A stretch of 64,000 bases of DNA from Amoebophrya sp. A120 (lineage: Eukaryota > Protista > Dinoflagellata): the NCBI GenBank assembly GCA_905178155.1, contig CAJINV010000004.1, forward strand, positions 28,432 to 92,431, written 5' to 3'. The notes under the pieces were generated by a model. That model saw only the letters and a program-made list of their open reading frames with translations. It did not search any database and was not told the DNA's origin. The translations under genes and the position numbers were made by a program. Positions 51,601 to 59,667 of the stretch are shown in pieces (the first letter of the stretch is position 1; each line of letters starts with the position of its first letter).

Positions 51601-54600
51601 TTTTGAAGAGGCATCGAAAGGATGTCCCGCTGCGAAGTAGCCGGATTTCGCCTTCAATGCTTATCGCAGGAGCCTGCGGGCCGCCGCGGGCTCCACCACT
51701 TCCCCGCTCCACCACTTCCGGTTGGCCACGACTGGACTGTCCTTCATAGGCCGCCGAGAGAGTCGCTCGCCTCGCTCGATTTTTTTTTGCTTCATCCTTC
51801 TCTTTTTGCTTTCCTGCGTTTCAAAAAAACTATGCATGTAGGGATCGCACTTGACAAGATGGGCGTCCGTCGCGGCGGGATCTCATCTCAGGGTTTGGTT
51901 TAAGTTTCAGGGGTTAATAGGGTTCTCCAATTACCCCGCTCCAACAACTTTTCGACGCACTAAATAGCACTAGAATCCGTCCCAAATCTGTAACGCAAAA
52001 GGCGTAGTCTCTCTGTCTCTCCTTTCACTTTTGCCATGCTTGCCTTACAAATTCATGTAACAGTTGAGGGTGTAACGTTTGAGAATCCCATAAGGTGCAG
52101 ACTCAAGATTTTAGACAAGGAAAATTCCAGAAGTACATCAAAAATCGAGCACCATGTCCTGTGGATTGCTCTGGAAGATGGGAAAGATAGTACCTCCCTG
52201 TTCTCATATTGGCCCGGCCCGGGCTGCGGTCCCTATCAAATGTAAAAATGTCTGGGTCTGGAAGAGTGCCAGACTTGTCATGCAGATTTTGCATGAAATA
52301 TGACGTCTGTAATGCATAACCTGGCATCACAGATTTTTAGCGGGCTGTCTGATGCGTATCCCGCATGAGAAATACCCTCTCCATGTAGCTGCACAAACTG
52401 GACCCCTCTTGCTTGTCATGCAATACAGATTTTTTTAGAATGCAGAGACAGCATCACAAGTTGCAACCTTCCAGACCCAGACATTTTTGCAGTTCATAGT
52501 CCCCTTTTCTTCACCATATCCTCTGCGTCGCCTTTCCATCTGGAGATCTATGCACTGCAAAAACAAAATTACTCTTTCTGGGGTCGTTCTTGTTGCGCAG
52601 AGCGTGAGCGCATGACAGTTCTTGACAGCTCCCTCTACTTGCAATGCTAATCATGCTAGAGTTCCTGTAGTAAGGCTGCAATAAAACCGAAATCTTCACC
52701 ATGTTTTTGCGATGGATATGTCCTTCATGAAGGCGAACCCAAAACCGCTGCATGACTCGTTGATGCCACGCGTCCCGGCTGGTGGAGTAGATTTTGTTAC
52801 ACGTCGAAAAACATGCGGCCACGCAACACAAATTCTATCTTCAATGCGAATTATGCATGACAAAACTTCAAAAAGCAGCATTATACTCTTCTTTCCCGGA
52901 TCCGCCCATGTTGAGACCTTGTCGTATTTCCCTGGTGCTTATGAAAGTGCCTAACAACTCCCTCTCGCCCTCATGATTTGCATTGCATGAACAGCAAGAC
53001 AAGACGGGGCTTTCTCATCAAAAATCGAGCACCATGTCCTGTGGATTGCTCGGGTCATGGGGTGACGGGACAGGCGGTTGGCTCGGGTAGGCTTCATCTA
53101 AGTGGCGGCTTTGTTCAGTGGGTCCCACACAACCGGAAACGCCGCCGGCTTCGGCGTTCGTCTTCCATCACCACGCAGAGCAACACCACGACAATAAGTA
53201 CTCCAAGCATTCTGCGGCCAGGTCTTTCCGGATCCAATGAGCAATGGCCGTCTCTTGGAAAGTCGCGCCGCGGGGGCAATCCAAGGGCCCCCCTTTTGCC
53301 TAAGAAAAAGCACTCCCCTTGGCGTTCCTTCCCCCGACCTAAAATGGCCGATTTCGGAATCAAAAAAAGTACCCCCCTCAGGCACCCCCCTGGAGGGAGG
53401 CCCCTGGGTGCCGCCTGTCGCCTTTATAGAGTTTGGGCCGGCCTCGTTTGTAAACGAGCCCCCGAGCCAGTTGCGCCAAAGGCGAAACACTTTTGCGGCA
53501 GATGCGCGCTTGCCCTTTCTACTCGAGAAGGAGTCGCGGCTGGTCCGGGCCGATAGGCCTGCAGAAACAAATGGGGCGGGCCGCTACTAGCACTTCTAGC
53601 CGCAACGCAGACAAATCATCTCGCCCCGCCGCCACGACCCCGCGTCAGGGGGGTGCTCGATTTTTGATGTACTTCTGGAATTTTCCTTGTCTAAAGATTG
53701 CCACCTCTCGCCATGTCCTGTGAATTGCATCTGGGGGCCGTGGGGCGGCTGGATATGGATTCTTGCAAAAATGTCTGGTTCTGAAAGAATGCAACGTCTC
53801 ATGTGAAGATGCACAATTTGCATGACGCATGATGTCATCTGTGATGCATGCACTAGCATCAAAGATGTGATGATTCTGCGAGGGTGGTCTCCTGAAGATG
53901 CCCATCTCGCATGAGAAATAATGCCCACTCACCGTAGCAAAAACTGGACTCCTTTATTTGCTGTTCAACTTCAGGCAATGCATATAGTACACGATATTTT
54001 TGATATTTACGTAGGGTCACTTCCAAAGGGAGAAGGTAGCAAGCATCACAAGTTGCATCCTTTCCCTGCCGGACCCAGACACGTTTGCATTTGATCGTGG
54101 AGTGCGTGCAGCAAGTCTTGTGTTACGCCATGTGATCCCGATAAGGGGACAATCACAGGCTACCGACAAAAAACGCGTTGGGAACAATTCGGGGGGGTGT
54201 GCCCCGGCAGTGAATCGCTAACCACCGGTTGCGTTCCAGAGCCGCCACCCTGTCCCGTGCCCGTGGATTGCGTATGGGGCCCGTGGGGTCCGTATCAATC
54301 GTAAAAAGCTGCTGTCGTATATCAACTGCAAAAATATCTGGGTCTGAGAAGTGTAATAATTCAACTTGTCATGCAGATTTTCCATGACAGACCCATGAGG
54401 TCTGGAATGCAGGGCTTAGCATGACAGACTCGGCGAGGTCCTCTCTGCCATGCCTGTCCTGCGTAAGAAACTCCCTTCCAACTTGGTCAAAAGTGGACGG
54501 CTTTTGGCACTCATACAACACAGATTTTTGCATGCTTCAGATTTGCCATGACAAGTTACCACCTTTCAGACATCCAGGAATAGTTATTTGCAATTGATAC

Positions 54601-56907
54601 TGTGCTGTAAGCTTACGACACAGATGAATGCGCGCGAGCACTATTCTGAGTAAAAACGCCCCCACCCCAAGTTTCTCTGTGCTTTATTTTGGTCTCTTCC
54701 AGTACATAAACACCCCAGAGCTGTGCTTTATTTTAGTCTCTTCCAGTACATATACACCCCAGAGTTGTGGTTGAATTTCGTGGTCTTTTCCAGTACATAA
54801 ACACCCCAGAGTTGTCATGCACATCTACACGCCAAAAAAGTTTCTCATGCGGAGCCCCATAAGAAACATTTTCTAGTCGTGTTTGGGGATTTGTAATGCT
54901 AGAACCAGCATGATATGCTAGATCGGTGGTGCTGCTGAACTAGCTAAACAGGACCACACTACGAGGACAAACTTATCATGCGAAACAACCAAAGCTGGCT
55001 GATTTGTCCAGCAGATTTCCCATCTTGTCTCTGGTGTGGGGACGTTTTTGCTCAGGATAGAATATGCGCGAAGACCGAATCGGTTGTCTTGCATGTGTAG
55101 AACTGCGACCGCGGGGACCACTATGGTAGCTGCACGAAGCCTGGCAAGTTCCCATCTGCTTTGTCGCGGCAGTGTAGAAGAGCAAACTATTGGAGATGAA
55201 AAACACGCAAAGTTCCTGCTCACAATAAAATCAGCGTTACATACAACTTCCAGTGGAGCGCTTTTTTCGTGCGATTCCCCATGGAGTGCTTGCGGGGGCG
55301 CGTCTTGCGGTATGCATTGCAAATATAACGTAGAAGTACTGTAGTCTGGTGGGTCTGAAGTTGTGACGCAGCAACATGCTTACTTGATGGACAAAGAGAC
55401 AATCTGGGGTGCGTGAGCAGTCTGCTGCTTTATCGTGCTGGATGATGGACGCACTTTCTTGTCATGCGCCACTGCGACAGAGTTCGGAAGAAGCCGAGGT
55501 GAGAAGCTTCGCATCTTGCTGTGATACCGTGCAGTAGCCTTTTTTGGCTGGTGCCTCAGTACAACCGGCTCAGACGGGCTCCTGGTGCTGGGGTCGGGCC
55601 CTCATCTGGAGCGGAGACGCTGTTCTTGAACAATAGGTGTAGGACATCCCCGTTTGTTCGGAGGGGGCCGCGGCCAGGTGAATAGTCTTTGCACCCCAGT
55701 TTGGCTCTGGGCCTCCAGTTATGCCGCAGCGCTGTCGTTTTAGATGGTGCAGCGGAGGCCACGACCTAGTATGCTTGTACCACGCACCTCAAGTAAGAGG
55801 AACGCGCTGCAAAATTAAGATGAGCGCGCCCGCGCGCTCTCGTCGTTTTATTCCCTTCTGCGACTTCTGCCGCGTACATTTTTTGCCGATGCATGGCTCC
55901 GGAACCGCATACTAGAAGTTTGCGTCTTGCGCGCCACCGCTTCCGTGGCTTGTTTCCAGCTTCTGCCTGCACTCATGCGCTTGGCTGTGCCCGCTTTTTT
56001 GGCGGGCCATTCTTGTTCTGATGCCGGTCCCTTCTCGTGAATCACGAAGCAATCTCGATTCGAGTCGCATTTTGCAAAGATCAGCGCGACACGTCGTCTG
56101 TATCTACTTGCCAGAAGACCCAGGAGATCTACTTTAATATTTGCATTTGATATAATGACAGTGGGGCAGTCACACGCGCACACGTCCAAAATGGACAGTT
56201 GAGGTTAATGGTGGGGTCTTATCCACCTGTGCAAAAACGTACAACCGGCTCCAGTCCCAGACGGATTTGTCATCCAAAATAATCTAACCAGCATCCATGC
56301 CTGAATTCATCTTCAAATGTGTCTGATGCGCAGCCCCATGCGAAGCTGCACCTTCTAATGCTAATATCTGGAAGCGTTATAATTTCAATTTCATGCTAGA
56401 AAAAATGATGACGGACGAGCTAGTAATCAATGCTGGATTCGCAGCTACGTGGCTCCTCTGACACCACTAGCGAAACACGACTCCCCCGCAACGAGCCCAA
56501 AAAAGAAAAAGGTGTCATCTTCATGCGCAACAGCCATAAGCTTGTTGATTTGTCGTGTGCTGCTGGCGGCAGAATGAGTTCCCATGATCTTGACTCTGGG
56601 GTTTGGGCCGCGTTTTTGCAAAGGATAACTCTGCTGGGGAGGTCCCTCTGAAACTCAAGGTTGCCAGATGCCTGCGTGTTACTGCCAGCCAGGATGTGCG
56701 TGCGGGCCACATCAGAACTGTAACGGCGGCAATTGTTGCTCTGGCGGGATAAGCGACTGGACCTGCTTCAGGAAAGATAACGGGTGGTCAGAGTGTTACG
56801 CTGATGAAAATAACCCAGGGTGTCACAATGGGATGCACGGTCCCTGGGCGGGAGGCTGGTGGGAGTGCAAAAACATGAAAAATGGTCGGATTCATTACGC
56901 GAGGTAA
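30635..56907 (+). CDS. Giant adhesin/micronemal-like protein (>30 exons): Pro/Thr linkers, several F5/8C-discoidin/galactose-binding-like domains, PAN/apple domains, TSP1-like repeats and an EF-hand pair. The 3' part (>50 kb) looks degenerate and may be a separate gene or pseudogene
   Basis: Motifs PWLQIDLGQTRRVQSVRL, PGRYVVVQLPG, LSLLELQVFG; YCQRFCDEDRGCQAY, WCKTLCDKDKDCRAY; WSECSTTCGPGVRFR, repeated CPVDC; CIDRDGSGFLSETEY. The frame is restored at junctions checked (31296, 32034). Confidence 0.7.
30724..30966. mobile_element. Introner family D
   Basis: TIRs, DR tgcag. Confidence 0.92.
31296..31544. mobile_element. Introner family D
   Basis: TIRs, DR caggg/cccgg, frame restored. Confidence 0.85.
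32034..32183. mobile_element. Introner family G (TIR ...tgcaaaagtatcgtact)
   Basis: DR cggca, frame restored. Confidence 0.92.
32497..32822. mobile_element. Introner family F (TIR ...ggaaaaatcccccctccccata)
   Basis: TIRs, DR gggag. Confidence 0.92.
33099..33326. mobile_element. Introner family E
   Basis: TIRs, DR gaacg. Confidence 0.9.
33413..33691. mobile_element. Introner family B
   Basis: Perfect ~31-bp TIR, DR aaggc. Confidence 0.95.
34026..34238. mobile_element. Introner family E (diverged)
   Basis: DR atacc/atgcc. Confidence 0.8.
34433..34544. mobile_element. Minimal 112-bp introner (TIR tatccaggNaaaa..cacccat..ccccatcc)
   Basis: TIRs, DR gcgtc. Confidence 0.9.
34802..34979. mobile_element. 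Introner family G-like
   Basis: TIR tatgNattgcaaatat, DR agcag/agcaa. Confidence 0.85.
35163..35424. mobile_element. Introner family A
   Basis: Perfect TIR, DR cgatc. Confidence 0.95.
35466..35787. mobile_element. Introner family F
   Basis: TIRs, DR gaaga. Confidence 0.92.
35991..36368. mobile_element. Introner family C with a ~60-bp internal insert
   Basis: DR ccgcg. Confidence 0.9.
36476..36933. mobile_element. Introner family A with a nested 171-bp retro-insert
   Basis: DR cacgg. Confidence 0.92.
36677..36847 (+). mobile_element. 5'-truncated copy of the SL-capped retro-element (type R-A)
   Basis: 18-bp TSD ggtcaYgcaatacaaatt (36659-36676/36848-36865); homologous to ~41113-41283. Confidence 0.9.
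37062..37312. mobile_element. Introner family D
   Basis: DR accga. Confidence 0.9.
37420..37706. mobile_element. Introner family B
   Basis: DR catac/cacac. Confidence 0.9.
37793..38019. mobile_element. Introner family E
   Basis: DR caggc. Confidence 0.9.
38115..38420. mobile_element. Introner (TIR ...tgaaaaatgccccccacccc)
   Basis: TIRs, DR aattc. Confidence 0.9.
38583..38799. mobile_element. Introner family D
   Basis: DR atgta. Confidence 0.85.
39672..41283 (+). mobile_element. Full-length non-autonomous SL-capped retro-element (type R-A)
   Basis: 9-bp TSD ggtcatgca (39663-39671/41284-41292); SL at the 5' end; 3' end ...ggggtaaataa; no convincing ORF. Confidence 0.9.
39676..39697 (+). 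other. Dinoflagellate spliced-leader (DinoSL) relic, perfect 22-mer
   Basis: TCCGTAGCCATTTTGGCTCAAG matches DCCGTAGCCATTTTGGCTCAAG. It is followed by ACTTC rather than a GT donor, so it is not an SL RNA gene. Confidence 0.97.
41442..41771. mobile_element. Introner family F
   Basis: DR ctttg. Confidence 0.9.
41800..42105. mobile_element. Introner family C
   Basis: DR gaggt. Confidence 0.9.
42464..43881 (-). mobile_element. Helitron/IS91-like non-autonomous rolling-circle candidate (type H)
   Basis: On the minus strand it reads TTACTATTTA...hairpin-CCTTG; inserted at AA|TTT with no TSD. Confidence 0.7.
42745..43414. repeat. Seven tandem ~95-104-bp units, each with a strong GC-rich hairpin
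   Basis: Units start at 42745, 42844, 42944, 43040, 43143, 43247 and 43342; cctaggtca-cgcggggac/gtccccgcg-tgacctagg. Confidence 0.95.
44037..44322. mobile_element. Introner family A
   Basis: DR tggtc. Confidence 0.9.
44368..44523. mobile_element. Introner family G
   Basis: DR gcccg. Confidence 0.9.
45072..45395. mobile_element. Introner family F
   Basis: DR taccg. Confidence 0.92.
45613..45875. mobile_element. Introner family A
   Basis: DR gtccg. Confidence 0.92.
46193..46321. mobile_element. Degenerate introner (TIR atctgtaatgcNaaaa)
   Basis: Inverted ends; DR decayed. Confidence 0.65.
46476..46721. mobile_element. Degenerate introner (TIR tgaaaaaa..tgtctcagtctc)
   Basis: Inverted ends; DR ccgtt/ccggc. 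Confidence 0.65.
46786..47113. mobile_element. Degenerate introner family A
   Basis: gtctgggtctggaa/ttccagacccagac. Confidence 0.75.
47194..47583. mobile_element. Introner family B with a nested 97-bp insert (47444-47540)
   Basis: DR gacaa; nested TSD gcatgacaact. Confidence 0.88.
47790..48081. mobile_element. Introner family B
   Basis: DR gcatg/gcctg. Confidence 0.88.
48137..48427. mobile_element. Introner family A
   Basis: DR cgcgc. Confidence 0.88.
48535..48683. mobile_element. Introner family G
   Basis: DR cgtga/catga. Confidence 0.88.
48920..49107. mobile_element. Introner family G-like
   Basis: TIR tatgcattgcaaaa. Confidence 0.8.
49156..49757. mobile_element. Introner family A with a nested 317-bp hairpin element
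   Basis: DR gcttg. Confidence 0.88.
49293..49609 (+). mobile_element. Second type-H (Helitron/IS91-like) element, containing six 13-bp tandem repeats (49344-49420)
   Basis: TTAATATTTA...hairpin-CCTTG; inserted at AA|TTT with no TSD. Confidence 0.7.
49776..50106. mobile_element. Degenerate introner family A
   Basis: DR ggtcc. Confidence 0.75.
50218..50489. mobile_element. Introner family A
   Basis: DR ttggg. Confidence 0.92.
50518..52092. mobile_element. Introner family D inflated by a nested ~1.33-kb element (~50610-51944)
   Basis: DR aggtg; inner IR ttggagcgggg/ccccgctccaa. Confidence 0.85.
52234..52498. mobile_element. Introner family A
   Basis: DR gtccc. Confidence 0.92.
53754..54096. 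mobile_element. Degenerate introner family A
   Basis: Decayed TIRs, DR ctgga/gtgga. Confidence 0.75.
54320..54599. mobile_element. Degenerate introner family A
   Basis: tatcaactgcaaa/tttgcaattgata. Confidence 0.75.
54642..55059. mobile_element. Introner family B with three stacked R-B retro-inserts in its left TIR
   Basis: Inserts 54670-54710, 54721-54754 and 54769-54801, each followed by caccccagag. Confidence 0.88.
55311..56152. mobile_element. Degenerate family-A-like introner with several hundred bp of extra internal sequence
   Basis: tatgcattgcaaatat...atatttgcatttgata; gggtctgaag/agacccag remnants. Confidence 0.55.
56220..56627. mobile_element. Degenerate introner family B
   Basis: tgcaaaaacg/cgtttttgcaaaggata. 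Confidence 0.65.
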
Positions 56908-57310
56908 AAAAGTCTTCTTCAAATAATCCAGCTAAAAAATCAGCCGGAATGCTGATATTTTGGTGTTGTGGTGTGGTCCCGTATCAATGAGCGGTACGAG
57001 ATTGTGCCAAGATTGCGTAAAAAGTAATTAATATGTTGGAGGCGAAACAAGATTACTTACGTAGACTGAGGAGAGAGCGACGGCCGCAGTTTGATTTCTC
57101 CATTACCAAAGGAAGACGCGAAGGCCGCAGTTTGATTTCTTCTCACCAATAGGGAGACGAGCTGGAGCTCAAGAAGATGAACAAGAACACTATTATCGTT
57201 ATCGACGTGAAAAAATCCAAATCTGAAATACAAATAAGTACCTCAATCCGAGTCTTTCATCATTTTCTCACTCGTACAGCTTGACGACGCGAATTTTCAA
57301 TTTGAATTTA

Positions 57311-57747
57311 TGTTGGACGACTGTAGTCCCGATGTTCCATGAAGATGCTGAATGCGAAACAGCATGAAGATCCATCCACTTTTGGTCCCGTTTGGACGCA
57401 AGATGATCAGATGATGATGATGTCCATAGCTCCTGTTTGAGCATATTCCAGTACATGATGATGATGTACTCAGGTCGTGTTTAGACGACGAAGCATCGTG
57501 AATCCCGATGCTATGGCACGACTGCAATCAATCGATACATTCGGAACCTTGTACGCTTTCAGGCTTAGGAGTTGCACGCAAGAGCTGAAGGCTCTCGGAA
57601 CGTAAACACACCGCACGCGAACCCGCGTGCTATGCTTACCACGCATCACATTCTGCACTGTATGAAGATCGTGAGTTCATTCCAACCGACCAATGATCAT
57701 GTCGCATTCGCACCCAGGCTAGAGAGATTCTGAGTGGCTTTCAGACA
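57311..57747 (+). repeat. 5' LTR
   Basis: tgttgga...tcagaca, matches 63564-64000. Confidence 0.93.
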
Positions 57748-57888
57748 TTCTCCTAACCCTCGAGCCGACGAGCAAAACGCACACCCATCGGGAGTAAACG
57801 CCAAATCTCTCGGTGATAAGAACGCAAAAATTTTTGGGTCGCAACCGGACGGCTACTACGACAAAAATCGCCAATCTCTCGGTGCAGC

Positions 57889-59667
57889 ATGGCGACCGGG
57901 GACGGCGATCCGACCGGTACTGGCGGGGGTTTTCCCGCTGCGAGCGACCACCACCAGCCCGACACCACCTCTCTTGGCGACATGGGAGATGGACTGCTGC
58001 AGCAGCAGCATGCGGATTTGCTTTCGCAACAACAGCAAAATCCGAATGTCGGGGTGCAGCAGCAGCAGTACGCGTCTACCGGTTTTGGTGGACAACACGC
58101 AGCTGCAAGCAGCACTGGTGGACAAGGACAGCAATTCCAAGCCCAATTTCAATCGAATTATAATGCAAATCAAAACTTCAATTTGAATCAAAATGGATCG
58201 AATTTCTCCACTCTGGGCGGAGGCCCATTACAAAACTCAACCGCCGCGCAGCAGCAACAAGGCGCTGCGGACAACACCAACATCATGATGGTGATCAGCC
58301 AGATGATGGTGGCGCAGGCGGAACAAAGCAGACTGCAGCTACAGCAGATGCAGGCGCAGCAAGCGCAACAACAGCAGCAATTCCAGGAGCAATTCAACGC
58401 GCAGGAGCGAAGGCATCGCGAGCAGATGCAAGCGGAAAAAGAAGCACGCCAAGAGGCGGAAGAAAGAGCGACGGCCGACCGCGAAGCGGCGGAGAAAAAG
58501 AAAAAGGAAGACGAAGAGCGACACAAGGAAGAAAAAGAAGCGACGGAGCGACGACACAAAGAAATGTTGCGTCAGCAACAGGAGGAAGCTCGTCTCGCAC
58601 AAGCCGAGAACGAGAAGCAGCGCAAGCTTCAATCCGACCAGTTCTCCGAGACCATGCTTAGAAATTTAGTAGTTCGCGCTTCGGTTCCAACTCTCGACCA
58701 GAAGACCGAATATCCAGACTGGAAATTCAAAGTCGAGGGCGAAATAGAGCGTCTTGCGGTAACGAAAGAAATTGCCGACAAGATGAAAGGAAAGGAAACC
58801 CATCTGGACCCCGTGCAGACAAAGAAGCTGCATGCGTTAGGTGCAGAGGTCAAGAAGCAGCTGAAGGGCGCGGCTCTTCAGCGGTGCAACGGTATCAACG
58901 CTAATGATATCATCAAGCTTTTGACGGAATTAGAGCGGTGGGCTGGCGAGTCACAGTCCGAGTACGACAAGACCACGACGGAACAAAGATTCACGCAGGA
59001 AAACTGGGACCCGAAGAAAATGGGTCTCGAGGCGTGGGTAGCAGACAAGTTCCGTCTTGCTCGCTTGTTACCCGAAACCTGCCCGGAAGGACCGATTATG
59101 GAATCTCGCATGAGGGCAGTGCTTCTCGGCGGAATGCCGAAGTGCTTCGATCCCGTAGTTAGCAGGTTACGAACAAAACCACCAGCGACCTGGCAAGAAA
59201 TCGAGAAGGAACTAGTTGACTGGGACAAAACGGAATCTGGAAAAGACAAGGACGAAAGCAAGCGAGGCTCTGTCTTTGTAACCATCGAGGATGTCCAGTC
59301 CCAAATCAAGGACGCTCTCGATAAGAACGGCTCTGCTTCTGCATCTTCCAGCACGAGTAACGACTACAACTACTGCGAAGAGGCCGACTTGTACTACACC
59401 TACGGTAAGAGCAAGAACTACAAGGGCGGTAAGCAGCAGTACGGTTCGCACCCGTACAACGGAGGAAAAGGCAAGACCGGCAAGCCGAAGCAGTGCTGGT
59501 ATTGCTGGGGTTACAACCACACGCAGTACGAGTGCAGAAAGAAAGCGGCCGACGAAGCAGCAGGAAAAACCGGGAACAACAAAAACAACACGGGTAACAA
59601 CAACCAGACCAACGACAACAACAACAACTATAACAACAAAGGAAAAGGGAAGAAACGGTCCTGGTGA
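57889..59667 (+). CDS. gag: Copia Gag (Gln-rich N-terminus, coiled coil, CCHC zinc knuckle)
   Basis: CWYCWGYNHTQYEC = CX2CX4HX4C. Confidence 0.92.
   Translation: MATGDGDPTGTGGGFPAASDHHQPDTTSLGDMGDGLLQQQHADLLSQQQQNPNVGVQQQQYASTGFGGQHAAASSTGGQGQQFQAQFQSNYNANQNFNLNQNGSNFSTLGGGPLQNSTAAQQQQGAADNTNIMMVISQMMVAQAEQSRLQLQQMQAQQAQQQQQFQEQFNAQERRHREQMQAEKEARQEAEERATADREAAEKKKKEDEERHKEEKEATERRHKEMLRQQQEEARLAQAENEKQRKLQSDQFSETMLRNLVVRASVPTLDQKTEYPDWKFKVEGEIERLAVTKEIADKMKGKETHLDPVQTKKLHALGAEVKKQLKGAALQRCNGINANDIIKLLTELERWAGESQSEYDKTTTEQRFTQENWDPKKMGLEAWVADKFRLARLLPETCPEGPIMESRMRAVLLGGMPKCFDPVVSRLRTKPPATWQEIEKELVDWDKTESGKDKDESKRGSVFVTIEDVQSQIKDALDKNGSASASSSTSNDYNYCEEADLYYTYGKSKNYKGGKQQYGSHPYNGGKGKTGKPKQCWYCWGYNHTQYECRKKAADEAAGKTGNNKNNTGNNNQTNDNNNNYNNKGKGKKRSW

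Noticed and set aside
6044-56152. Many short ORFs with recurring peptides (SNVKMSGSGR, FQTQTFLHLI, HNSPSPSFV, ILSKNVPTPE, WGGG)
   Set aside because: These are translations of introner TIRs, not proteins.
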